Shown: positions 43,000-51,917 of the stretch, in pieces | Layout of the letters: each line of letters starts with the position of its first letter | Position numbering within the stretch: the stretch's first letter is position 1 | Assembly: GCA_964528605.1 (NCBI GenBank) | Contig: CAZGSV010000002.1 | Coordinates: 14,563 to 78,562 of the forward strand | DNA: 64,000 nucleotides | Direction: 5' to 3' | Source: an uncultured Armatimonadia bacterium | GTDB lineage: Bacteria > Armatimonadota > Zipacnadia > CAZGSV01 | The notes under the pieces: generated by a model | The model's input: only the letters and a program-made list of their open reading frames with translations | What the model was told of the DNA's origin: nothing | Database searches by the model: none | Program-made: the position numbers and the translations under genes

Positions 43000-44010
43000 T
43001 TACGGTACCAAGTCTATCCCATCCGGGCGCGGTTTGAACCTGACCGCCCGAATGGCAGACCCGGGCCCCTCCTCGTAGTAGACGCAGAGCACCACGCCGT
43101 CCCGCAACTCGACCATGCTCGGATAGGCCCCGCCCACGTGGTCCAGCACGAACGGGCCCTGCCAAGTCTGCCCCAGGTCCGCGCTGAGGTGCAGGCTGGT
43201 TTCAGGCAGGCGGTGGGCCAGAAGCAGAAGGCCGGAGGAGTGGACCAAGGCGTGGGGACAATGGCCCGGAAAGCCCGCCTCCCGCACCGTCCAGGTGTGG
43301 CCCTGGTCGGAGGAGAAGGCCAGGCACATGCAAGGCCGGAGCGCCGTGAACAGCCTGCCGTCGGGCAGGCGGATGATGTGGGGCTCGGCGTCGTGCCGGT
43401 GGGTGCTGGTGGTGTCAATGATGGTCAGTTCGGGCCAGGTGCGGCCCCCGTCGAAGGACCGGAGCAGGCCCGCCTTGGCGCTGGAGGGAATCTCGTAGTA
43501 GACGGGCAGGAGCAACTCGCCCGAGGGCAGTTCCGTGATGGGCGCGGAGCAGGCGAAGTTGCCTTGTTGAGTGACCTCAGGGAAGTGAGGCTCGGACCAG
43601 GTTTTGCCCAGGTCGTTGGACTCCACCACAGCGACATGGAATCCCGCCGCCTCGGTATAGGTGAAGAAGTTGCAGAGCAGCCGGCCGTCGGAGAGTTGCG
43701 TGACAGAGGGGTCCCGGTCGTCGAGCGGAGTGTCCACGACGACGGTGGGGTCGCTCCAGGTGCGACCCTCATCCGACGAGCGAACCGCGCAGATGCGAGC
43801 GCCGCGGGGCAGGCTCTCGTTGGGCAGCGATACGTGGCCATACCCGGCGTAGAACACGCACAGCAGTTCTCCGTTGCTCAGGCGGCAGATATCGGGGAAA
43901 GCCTGATAGCCGCCCGCCCCCGCATCGCGAACCACCACTTGGTAAGGAGGCTGAACCTGACCCACCGCGGCCAAGGCAAACACGCCCGCCGCGCCCAAGA
44001 ATGCGCTCAC
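43000..44010 (-). CDS. Secreted BNR/Asp-box repeat protein (sialidase/GH33-like beta-propeller).
   Basis: It has five Asp-box motifs (SDEGRTWSD, SNDLGKTWS, SFDGGRTWP, SSDQGHTWT, SADLGQTWQ). A GTG start at 44010 gives the signal MSAFLGAAGVFALAAVGQ. The upstream part of the track ORF is antisense to the next gene. Confidence 0.65.
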   Translation of the reverse strand: MSAFLGAAGVFALAAVGQVQPPYQVVVRDAGAGGYQAFPDICRLSNGELLCVFYAGYGHVSLPNESLPRGARICAVRSSDEGRTWSDPTVVVDTPLDDRDPSVTQLSDGRLLCNFFTYTEAAGFHVAVVESNDLGKTWSEPHFPEVTQQGNFACSAPITELPSGELLLPVYYEIPSSAKAGLLRSFDGGRTWPELTIIDTTSTHRHDAEPHIIRLPDGRLFTALRPCMCLAFSSDQGHTWTVREAGFPGHCPHALVHSSGLLLLAHRLPETSLHLSADLGQTWQGPFVLDHVGGAYPSMVELRDGVVLCVYYEEGPGSAIRAVRFKPRPDGIDLVP

Positions 44011-44051
44011 TGCCCTAGCACCGCCTTTCGCCCACGAATCCCGGCCCGACC

Positions 44052-44894
44052 CTAGAAAGCCGCTTGCCACACCTTGAGCAGCGCGGCGCCCGCCGTGGTC
44101 AGCCTTTCCTCTTCCGGTAGGGCCTGCAACTCCTTGCTGAAGGGCTCGGGAGCGACCGGGCCGGTGTAGCCAATCTTCTCCAGCGCCCGCAGGAAGCCGA
44201 CTAAGTCTATGACTCCCGTTTCGCCGGGCAGGCGGCGCACATTGTCCACCTGCTCCTCTATGGGAATGCCGGCGGGCGCGTCGTTGATGTGGACGTAGAC
44301 GACTTGCTCGTCTCTGAGCGTCTCCAACTGTTCCACGGTGCCGCCGGAGGTGTACCAATGCCAGGCGTCGAGCAAGAGGCCGACATTTCCGGTGCCCACG
44401 GCATCGCAGAGTTCTAGCATCTGCTCCATGGTATGAATGAACTCGTACTTGTGGCCCGCACGCGAGGTCTTGGGCCCGAGGAACTCCAGGCCAAGCCAGC
44501 AGCCGTTGTCCGCGAGAATCTCCGCCGCCGGACGCACGCGCTTCATCAGGAAGGCGGCGTTCTCGGCGTAAGGCCTTTCGTCGGACCAAGAGGGAATCCA
44601 GGTTGCGGCGCGCGTGTAGGCGATGGAGGCTGCGGCCGCGGTGACCGGCAGCAGCCGCTCAAGTGCCTCCTCATAGGCCGCCTGCTCATCGAAGAAAGGC
44701 GCCGGCAGCCCCCAGCCGCCCAGGACCATGTCCGCGCGCTCCAAAGCCTCCACCACCTTGTCCCGGAACGCCGGGTCAAGCAGTTGCCGGGCGTCAACGT
44801 CTATCCCTTCGAAGCCCGCGGCGCGCGCCGGCGCCAGCGCCTCAAAGAACGGCTTGCCATATCCGATTGCTCCTGGACTGAGGTTCTTGAACAC
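44052..44894 (-). CDS. Sugar phosphate isomerase/epimerase (xylose isomerase-like TIM barrel).
   Basis: It has the LGLEFLGPKTS...HINDA pattern of the AP_endonuc_2 TIM family. Confidence 0.8.
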   Translation of the reverse strand: MFKNLSPGAIGYGKPFFEALAPARAAGFEGIDVDARQLLDPAFRDKVVEALERADMVLGGWGLPAPFFDEQAAYEEALERLLPVTAAAASIAYTRAATWIPSWSDERPYAENAAFLMKRVRPAAEILADNGCWLGLEFLGPKTSRAGHKYEFIHTMEQMLELCDAVGTGNVGLLLDAWHWYTSGGTVEQLETLRDEQVVYVHINDAPAGIPIEEQVDNVRRLPGETGVIDLVGFLRALEKIGYTGPVAPEPFSKELQALPEEERLTTAGAALLKVWQAAF

Positions 44895-45072
44895 GGCTCA
44901 TTCCTTCCTTGCTGTCTGGGGTTCGGGAGCCCTCCGCCGGCCGGCCCTCGATTGCGCGGCATTGTGGGCTGGCCATGGGCAAAGGTCAAGCGTGACGAGA
45001 CGGCTGCCGTGGCCGCGAGGTGCTGCTATAATCGGGGCTGCCAGCGTCAGCATCTGATGGGAGGTCTCAGCC

Positions 45073-45600
45073 ATGCCAGTGTTGGAGGCTATTCAGAAGC
45101 GGTACAGCGTGCGCGCGTATCAGGACCGTCCGGTTGAGCCCGAGAAACTGGAGCGGATCATGGAGGCGGCCCGCCTCGCGCCCTCGGCGGGCAACAGGCA
45201 GGATTGGCGTTTCATCATCGTGCAGGACCACGCTAGGCGGCAGGCCCTGATGCGCGCGGCCAAGGGACAGGCGTTCGTGGGCCAGGCGCCGGTGGTGATC
45301 GCGGCGTGCGCGGAGGGCCCTGACCACGTGATGACCTGCGGCCAGTCCATGCACGCGATTGACGTTGCCATTGCTTTGGAGCACCTCGCCCTGCAGGCGA
45401 CGGCGGAAGGCTTGGGGACGTGCTGGGTGGGCGCCTTCGACGAGGCCGAGGCGAAGGCGGTCCTCAACGTGCCGGCGGACTCGCGGGTAGTGCAGTTGAT
45501 GCCGCTGGGCTACCCGGCGGACGAGGCGCGCCCCAAGAGCCGCAAGGAACTCAAAGAGATCGTGATGTACGAGGCCTGGGGCGTCCACACGGCACCGTAG
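45073..45600 (+). CDS. Nitroreductase family protein.
   Basis: It has the RYSVRAYQDRPVEPEKLERIMEAARLAPSAGNRQDWRFIIV nitroreductase signature. Confidence 0.85.
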   Translation: MPVLEAIQKRYSVRAYQDRPVEPEKLERIMEAARLAPSAGNRQDWRFIIVQDHARRQALMRAAKGQAFVGQAPVVIAACAEGPDHVMTCGQSMHAIDVAIALEHLALQATAEGLGTCWVGAFDEAEAKAVLNVPADSRVVQLMPLGYPADEARPKSRKELKEIVMYEAWGVHTAP

Positions 45601-45633
45601 GTCGCGGGGGCCATTCAGCACGCGGTCGATTGT

Positions 45634-46089
45634 CTAGGCCTTCATCAGCTCTGGATGGTCTTGCCGCAACCAGCCTATGACCTGCCGCTTGAACTGCCCG
45701 AGGTCACCCACCAATTCCTCAACTTCCCTCTCCGTGGCAGCCGGGATCGCATCGTAGACCACATCGCCGCGTCGTCGCCGGCACCGATGGTAGTAGCGGG
45801 AACGGTCGATCTGCGCGGCGCCCATTATGAGGGGCAACGCTTCCACCACCACCTGATGCTGGCCCTCCCGGCCCACGGCTCTGCAGCCGGCCGCGCGCAG
45901 CGCCACCGTACAGAGCAAGCGCGCCGCGTCCCAGGCCGCAGCGAACCGCCACTCTGCCGACTGGTCAACCTTGGCGTCTTGGATGCGCTCCGTTGCCTTC
46001 CCTAACAGCCCCGCGATCTCCCGTGCGCTTGCCGGCTGCTCGGCCAGTCTTCCTTCTGCTACCAACGCGCTCAAGGTCACCTTCCTCAC
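45634..46089 (-). CDS. HEPN-like protein, a probable toxin partner of the upstream wHTH-MNT gene.
   Basis: It is alpha-helical and has an Rx4H-type motif (RSRYYH). It lies immediately downstream of, and overlaps, the MNT gene (the usual MNT-then-HEPN order). Confidence 0.45.
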   Translation of the reverse strand: MRKVTLSALVAEGRLAEQPASAREIAGLLGKATERIQDAKVDQSAEWRFAAAWDAARLLCTVALRAAGCRAVGREGQHQVVVEALPLIMGAAQIDRSRYYHRCRRRRGDVVYDAIPAATEREVEELVGDLGQFKRQVIGWLRQDHPELMKA

Positions 46090-46771
46090 CCCGCACCATC
46101 AACTTCGGCCCCTTCCAGACCGCGTCCACGAAATGGTCTCGGTTAGCCAGGCGCCCACTGAACTCCTCGCTGCCCATCACCACGGGGCTGATCTGTCGCG
46201 CCAGTGCCTCCTCCAAAGGGCCCAACACTGGCACCAGGTCGCGCAGGCCAGCTTCGCCCACCACAAAGAGATCAATGTCACTGTCAGGCCGCGGTGTGCC
46301 CTCCGCGAAAGAACCATATATGAAGGCGACCCGAATGCCTTCGAGTGCCGCGAGGGCCTCGCGCACCCTGTCGACAAGCCCCACGGTCTTGATCATAATG
46401 GACCGCAACTCGGGCAATATGGGGCAGGAGGTGTTGGCCCGGTACACCACTTCTCGGCCGTGCTTCCTGCGCTCCAGTACGCCCATCGCCGCCAGAGCGC
46501 CGAGATGATAGGAGGCGACCGTGGGAGCCACACCCACCCGGGCTGCGGCCTCCGACATGTAGAACCCGCGATCAGGGTTCAGCAGGAAGAGCCCCAGGAG
46601 TGCCTCTCTGGCTCGTGAGAAAAGGCCAATCCCGGAGGAGCCTCCCTTTCCGGGTGGTCTACCGTGGCCCGGCTTCGCGCGACGCCGGGTGACCCTCACC
46701 AGGCTGCTACGGGCGGGGGCTCGGCCGCGTTTCCCCCCCTGCTCAGCAGACTCCCGCATTCTTGGTGACAA
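45965..46771 (-). CDS. Winged-HTH (ArsR-like) domain fused to a minimal nucleotidyltransferase (MNT).
   Basis: The HTH is LGLFLLNPDRGFYMSEAAARVGVAPTVASYHLGALAAMGVLER. The NTase motif is IYGSFAEGTPRPDSDIDLFVVGE. The exact start is uncertain. Confidence 0.65.
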   Translation of the reverse strand: MSPRMRESAEQGGKRGRAPARSSLVRVTRRRAKPGHGRPPGKGGSSGIGLFSRAREALLGLFLLNPDRGFYMSEAAARVGVAPTVASYHLGALAAMGVLERRKHGREVVYRANTSCPILPELRSIMIKTVGLVDRVREALAALEGIRVAFIYGSFAEGTPRPDSDIDLFVVGEAGLRDLVPVLGPLEEALARQISPVVMGSEEFSGRLANRDHFVDAVWKGPKLMVRGEEGDLERVGSRRKTGRAAGKRTGDRGAVREGNGAHPRRQG

Positions 46772-46867
46772 CTGCGCTCTCCCTTCTCTTTCTGCCGCAG
46801 TCTACTCCAGCGCCGTTCGGCATTCTCTGGAACGATTCAGGGCGAGGTTCCCCAAAAGCACTCGCCC

Positions 46868-47122
46868 ACCATTCACTGCAACTTTCCCGAAAGTATTTCA
46901 GCATTTTTCGTAGGATTCGGTCAACCCTTTCGAAAACATTCGCTACACTCTTCGTACAATTTACTGCAACTTTTCCTAAAATACTTTAGCATTTTTGCAG
47001 AATTGGGGAAGACGGTTTCAAGAACGTCTGCTGCATTGTTCGTACAGTTTACTGCAACTCTTTCTAGAATACTTTAGGATTTCTTGTACAATCTGCTGAG
47101 CTCTTTCGAAAGCATTTGCCGG
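46868..47122. repeat. Three imperfect ~85-bp tandem direct repeats in a sharply AT-rich (~40% GC) tract.
   Basis: The units begin at 46868, 46951 and 47039. They share TTYACTGCAACTYTTYC and ARTAYTTYAGSATTTYT blocks and a TTGTACAA palindrome, in a ~67% GC background. Confidence 0.7.
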
Positions 47123-47287
47123 TTTTGCGGGGTGCTTACCGTAACTCCTGCGCGGATGGTCGGCCTTCTGCGGCAGACGCGCAGTTCTCTACCTGCAACC
47201 GCAAAGAACGATAGAGCAGGCCAAAAGCCTGTGTGCGCCGCGCCAAACCGCCACGCTACCGAGGGATGGAGAGGTTCGGGCCGGCGC

Positions 47288-48487
47288 TCAGGCCTCCGGC
47301 GGGATGAAACCGAAGTAGCGGCCCGACCAGTAGGCGCGCAGGAAGTACCTAGGCACGCCCTCCAACACGACCTCCACCATCCGCTCCTTGCCCGGAAGCC
47401 CCAGGAGCGACGCAGGAAAGGCCTGAACCGAGGAACTGTACTTGGGCACTTCGTGCAGGTACGGCCTCTTCGCCCGCTCGCGCGTGGCCGGCCGACGCGC
47501 CAGCGTGTAGTCGAAGTCACTGACCTCGAATGAATGCAGCCACTCCCAAGTCTCCTCCGCAATGGGCGCCCTGGGGTGAAAGGCCTTGTAGGTCCAGTTG
47601 AAGAGCGCGTCGTGCATATGCCTGGCGCGCGAGCCTCGCCACTGGGCCTGCAGCGCCCGATAGTAGTAGCGAAGGAGCCCGGGATCCGTCTCGTAGCAGA
47701 GGAGAGTGTACAGAGGGCACATGGCGAGGTTGTAGTCCCACTCGGACGGCTCGGGGTTCGTCTCCGTGTTGGCGCGCGCGGCGATCTTGTGGTAGCCCCA
47801 CTCTTGGATCAGACGCTGGTACTCCCTCAGGTAGCCTCGCTTCTTGGTGATCTGGTAAGCGCCGCGCAGATGGCTCAGGGCCTGCAAGGCGTTGAGATTC
47901 TCTTCTAGTACTAGCGGCGACATGTTGCCCCAAAGGGTCATGCGCCCGTCCACGTCCACGATGCGCATGCCCTGGTCCACGATGCGGCGCATGACGAGGT
48001 CCACGTCCTTGGCTATCTGGCGCTTCTCCTTCGCGTCGGCCACCAGGTCGCAGTAGAGTTCGTAGCCGAACATCAGGCCGACGAGAGAATCCGTGCTCGG
48101 GTCGCCCAACCAGCGGTATTCGCCCGCCTGATGCCACTCGCGCGGAAAGAAGAAGGCCTGCTCGTCCCAGGTGGCCCCGTTGCCACGCTTGAAGCCGCGC
48201 GCAAAGCAGCCGTCCGTGCGCGTGACGCGCTGGAGCATGCGCAGCGCGCGAGCGGCCGTGCGAGCGCGCTCCTTCGCCTTGGGATCCCTCGTCGCTGCCC
48301 AACGGAAGGCCTGAGTCGCGAGATACATCCCGGTCGAGAGCGCGTCGCTTTCGTGGTTGCCGGTGGAGTAGTCCGGCAAACCGATCGGCGGCAACACCAC
48401 TAGGGCTCGAATCTGCCCCTGGTAGGTATGACGCTCCTCGAGCATCGCCTCGCACAACATAGCCTTCTCATAGAGAGTCATGGGCAT
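47288..48487 (-). CDS. Uncharacterised conserved protein, paralog A of a four-copy tandem array (399 aa).
   Basis: It shares the blocks MxxTLYEKAxLCEA, LPPxGLPDYSTGNHExDA, FFFPREWHQAG, YRWxGDPSTDSL, VDVDGRMTLWGNM, YYRALxxQW and LRAYWSGRYFGFIPPEA with the three other paralogs. Confidence 0.8.
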   Translation of the reverse strand: MPMTLYEKAMLCEAMLEERHTYQGQIRALVVLPPIGLPDYSTGNHESDALSTGMYLATQAFRWAATRDPKAKERARTAARALRMLQRVTRTDGCFARGFKRGNGATWDEQAFFFPREWHQAGEYRWLGDPSTDSLVGLMFGYELYCDLVADAKEKRQIAKDVDLVMRRIVDQGMRIVDVDGRMTLWGNMSPLVLEENLNALQALSHLRGAYQITKKRGYLREYQRLIQEWGYHKIAARANTETNPEPSEWDYNLAMCPLYTLLCYETDPGLLRYYYRALQAQWRGSRARHMHDALFNWTYKAFHPRAPIAEETWEWLHSFEVSDFDYTLARRPATRERAKRPYLHEVPKYSSSVQAFPASLLGLPGKERMVEVVLEGVPRYFLRAYWSGRYFGFIPPEA

Positions 48488-48635
48488 CCCGCCACCTCAC
48501 AGGGCCCGGGCCCGCAGGTTAGGTCGCGGCAGCCGCGTCGTGGGTAAACCGCGACGCTACCGGGCGTTGGCAACACATCCGCGTCGTGGGTGCACCACGA
48601 CGCTACCGCCAGGATGGAAAGGTTCGGGCCAGCGC

Positions 48636-49790
48636 TCAGGCCTCCGGCGAGATGAAGCCGAAGTAGCGGCCGGACCAGTAGGCGCGCAGAAAGGCTCGCG
48701 GCACTACCTCGGATACCGCCTCGATGACCTTGCGCTTGCCGTTGACCACAAGTTCGAACTTGCGCTCCTGCACCGGCGGCTTGAGGGCGTCCGCCGTGAC
48801 CTTGGCCGGGAACTCCCGCGCCCCTAGGTCCGTCGTCTCCAGCCACTGCCAGGCCTCCGCCCGCATGGGCGCCCGCGGATGGAGCGCCTTGTAGACCACG
48901 TTGAAGAAGGCGTCGTTGGGGCCGTTCGCGTAGGTGCGCTTCCACTGCACCTCCAGAGCGCGATAGTAGTAGCGCAGCAAGTCCCCGTCGGCCTCGTAAC
49001 GGAGGAGCGAGTAGAGGGGCGAGACCGCCAGATTCCAGTCGTGAACCGCGGGCGGCGGGTCGTCCTGCGCATTGGCCAGCGCGGCCCTCTTATGGTAGTC
49101 CCACCCGTCAATCAGGCGGTGATACTCGTCCAGGTAGCGCCGCTTTTTGGTGATGTGATGGGCGGCGCGCAGGTGGCTGAGGGCCTGAAGCGCGTTCAGG
49201 TTCTCCTCGAGAATGTAGGGGTTCATGTTGCCCCACAGCGTCATGCGCCCGTCCACATCGAGCACGCGCATGCCGTTGTCCACGACGTGGCCCATGATGA
49301 GGTCCACGTCCTTGGCGACCTCGGCCTTCTCCTTGGCGTCGGCGACCAGGTCGTGGTACTGCTCGTAGCCGGACATTAGGCCCACGAGGGAATCGGTGCT
49401 GGGGTCCCCGACCCAGCGATACTTCCCGGCCTGATACCACTCACGCGGGAAGAAGAAGAACTGCTCGTCCCAAGTAGGGCCGTCGGCGCGCTTGAAGCCG
49501 CGCGCGAAGCAGCCCTTGCTACCGGTGAGGCGCTGCAGTTTGCGCAGCGCCCGCGCCACCGCTTTCGCTTGGCGCTTGGCCCGCGGATCCTTGGTCGCGG
49601 CCCAGCGGAAGGAGAGAGCCTCTAGATACATCCCGGTGGCCAGGGCATCGCTCTCGTGGTTGCCGGTGGAGTAGTCCGGCAGCCCCGCCGGCGGCAGGAT
49701 GACCTGCTGCCTAACCTGCCCCTCGTAGTAGTGCCTCCCCTGGACCAGGGCCTCGCACAGTATCGCCTTCTGGTAAAGAGTCAGAGCCAT
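48636..49790 (-). CDS. Uncharacterised conserved protein, paralog B (384 aa).
   Basis: It is colinear with A, C and D at about 55-65% identity by eye. Confidence 0.8.
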   Translation of the reverse strand: MALTLYQKAILCEALVQGRHYYEGQVRQQVILPPAGLPDYSTGNHESDALATGMYLEALSFRWAATKDPRAKRQAKAVARALRKLQRLTGSKGCFARGFKRADGPTWDEQFFFFPREWYQAGKYRWVGDPSTDSLVGLMSGYEQYHDLVADAKEKAEVAKDVDLIMGHVVDNGMRVLDVDGRMTLWGNMNPYILEENLNALQALSHLRAAHHITKKRRYLDEYHRLIDGWDYHKRAALANAQDDPPPAVHDWNLAVSPLYSLLRYEADGDLLRYYYRALEVQWKRTYANGPNDAFFNVVYKALHPRAPMRAEAWQWLETTDLGAREFPAKVTADALKPPVQERKFELVVNGKRKVIEAVSEVVPRAFLRAYWSGRYFGFISPEA

Positions 49791-49990
49791 TCTCTCACCT
49801 CATGATTCTCGGTTCGGTGGTTTGCCGTCGCGGGTAAACCGCGACGCTACCGACATGCGCGAGCGGATGCTGCACAAACTCCTTACAGGCGGACGCAGAA
49901 CAGCCACACCGAATCACGCACGAGGCGAATGGCTGCCTCCCTCGGTGCTCCGCGCCACAAGCCAGAGCGGGTACGCCGGGGTCAGACGAC

Positions 49991-50206
49991 CTACCGCGCT
50001 GCGACTAAGTTCTCCAGATGGATCTGCTTGTCCCTCAGGCCGGGGATGACCTCGCTGGCATCGAGAACCTCGATCCCCACCACCCGCTCCCCGGGCCCAA
50101 TGTCAACGGCAACCTGGTCGTTGAGCCGGATAACCTGACACTCGGTCGGCTCCTCGACAAACCGAATGTAGAGCGCGTCCACCGAGGGGTCGTAGGTTAT
50201 CTTCAC
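49991..50206 (-). CDS. DUF2283 family protein, the antitoxin partner of DUF4258.
   Basis: MKITYDPSVDALYIRF... is the canonical DUF2283 N-terminus. It is 71 aa and lies immediately downstream of the DUF4258 gene. Confidence 0.75.
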   Translation of the reverse strand: MKITYDPSVDALYIRFVEEPTECQVIRLNDQVAVDIGPGERVVGIEVLDASEVIPGLRDKQIHLENLVAAR

Positions 50207-50221
50207 GGCTCGCTCACTTCC

Positions 50222-50485
50222 TCAGAAGTAGTATACATGGACCGTGACCACCGTGCATTCGCCGCGCTCCAGAACCACAATAGGCGCCACCTGCTTGACC
50301 GCGCACCACTTCCCACGCCACAGGGCATTGAGCGGGAAGTTCTTGCGAAACATCACGCGGCCCTTGCGGCAGGCCTCGGGCTCTCCTTGGCGTATCGCGG
50401 TGATGACGTCCTCCTCCGAGGCTCCCCGATCAGCCATTCTGACGCGGGCGTGCGGGCTGATCTCTATTGTCACGTCGGCGCTCAA
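50222..50485 (-). CDS. DUF4258 family protein, the toxin of a DUF4258/DUF2283 TA pair.
   Basis: It has HARVRMADRG...VITAI and a C-terminal VVTVHVYY, which is the DUF4258 pattern. It is 87 aa. Confidence 0.7.
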   Translation of the reverse strand: MSADVTIEISPHARVRMADRGASEEDVITAIRQGEPEACRKGRVMFRKNFPLNALWRGKWCAVKQVAPIVVLERGECTVVTVHVYYF

Positions 50486-50523
50486 GGCCTCGCCTCACAA
50501 CACGGCGGGAGAACGACTCACGC

Positions 50524-51678
50524 CTACGCCTCCGGCGGGATGAAGCCGTGATAGCGGCCCATCCAGTACGCGCGCAAGTACCCCGTTGGCGCGCCCTCGA
50601 CCACACCTTCAATCACCCGCGGCCGGCCGTCAATGACCACCTCGAACTTGCGCCTGTGCGCGATGGGCTTAGGAGCGCTCGGCGTCGGTGAACCGGGATG
50701 CTCCGGCTCGCCGATCTCAAAGGCGTGCAGCCAGTCCCAGGTCTGCTTGCGAATGGGAGCGCGCGGGCGCAGCGCCTTGTAGGCCCAGTTGTAGAAGGGA
50801 TCGTCGCGCCCAGCCGCCTGCACGCCCTTCCACTGCACCTCTAACGCGCGGTAGTAGTGGCGGAGCAGGCTCTCGTCCTTCTCGTATTGCAGTAAGAGGT
50901 AGAGAGGGCACGTGGCCAGATTCCAGTCCCAGGGCGAGGGCACCGGAGAGGCCTGCGCGTTCGCCAGGGCCGCCTTCTTATGGTAGTCCCACTTCTCGAT
51001 CAGCCGACGATACTCCCGTAGGAAGAGGCGGTTCTTGGTCATGTGATAGGCGCCCCGGAGGTGGCTGAGCGCCTCCAGCGCGTTCAGATTCTCCTCCAGT
51101 ATGTAGGGGTTCATGTTCCCCCACAGCGTCAAGCGGCCGTCCACGTCCACGATGCGCATCCCCTTCTCCACGATGCGGCCCATGAAGCCCTCGACGTCCT
51201 TCGCCACTTCCTTCTTCTCCTTCGCGTCGGCGACGAGGTCGTAGTACAGTTCGTAGCCGAACATCAGCCCGACCAGCGAGTCGGTGCTCGGATCGCCCAC
51301 CCAGCGATAGTTGCCGGCCTGGTGCCACTCGCGCGGGAAGAAGAAGACCTGCTCGTCCCAGGTCGGCTTGTCGGCGCGCTTGAACCCGCGCGCGAAGCAG
51401 CCTCTGACCCCCGTTACCTGCTGCAACTTCCGCAGGGCGCGCGCGGCCTCTTGCGCGCGTTGCTTTGCCTTGGGCTCACGCGTGACCGCCCAGCGGAAGG
51501 ATTCGGTCCCCAGATAAGTTCCTGTCGAGATCGCATCGTCCTCGTGGTTGCCGGTGGAGAAGTCGGGCAGCCCGGCGGGCGGCAGGATGACGTGATTGCG
51601 CACCTGTCCCTGGTACCCGTGCCGTTCCTCCATTACCGCCTCGCACAGCAGCGCCTTCTCGTACAGACTGAGAGCCAT
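50524..51678 (-). CDS. Uncharacterised conserved protein, paralog C (384 aa).
   Basis: It has the same conserved blocks as paralogs A, B and D. Confidence 0.8.
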   Translation of the reverse strand: MALSLYEKALLCEAVMEERHGYQGQVRNHVILPPAGLPDFSTGNHEDDAISTGTYLGTESFRWAVTREPKAKQRAQEAARALRKLQQVTGVRGCFARGFKRADKPTWDEQVFFFPREWHQAGNYRWVGDPSTDSLVGLMFGYELYYDLVADAKEKKEVAKDVEGFMGRIVEKGMRIVDVDGRLTLWGNMNPYILEENLNALEALSHLRGAYHMTKNRLFLREYRRLIEKWDYHKKAALANAQASPVPSPWDWNLATCPLYLLLQYEKDESLLRHYYRALEVQWKGVQAAGRDDPFYNWAYKALRPRAPIRKQTWDWLHAFEIGEPEHPGSPTPSAPKPIAHRRKFEVVIDGRPRVIEGVVEGAPTGYLRAYWMGRYHGFIPPEA

Positions 51679-51917
51679 CTTGTCACCTCGTAGTGCGGAT
51701 GATTGCGGCCGACGGGCGGCACTGTAGCGCCGCAGACGGTGTCTTTCAAGGCGGTCGTGGGGATGTATGGCCCGCCCCTACTTCCGCGGCGCCGCCAGGG
51801 GCCGCTGCGCAGGGGCGAGGCGCCTGCCTCACCCGCTGTCCTGTAGGAGCGGCATTCTTGTTCACCCGCCTCAGGAGGGCCCCCAGTTCGCAGCGGCGAG
51901 CCGTGGGCTGGCGCGCG

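Noticed and set aside
44011-44589. N-terminal 190 codons of the track ORF 43000..44589.
   Set aside because: They are Arg-rich junk antisense to the sugar-phosphate isomerase gene 44052..44894. A GTG at 44010 gives a proper signal peptide for the BNR protein.
46868-47122. Tandem repeats considered as a CRISPR array.
   Set aside because: The units are ~85 bp, imperfect and directly abutting, with no unique spacers of regular length. No cas genes are present.
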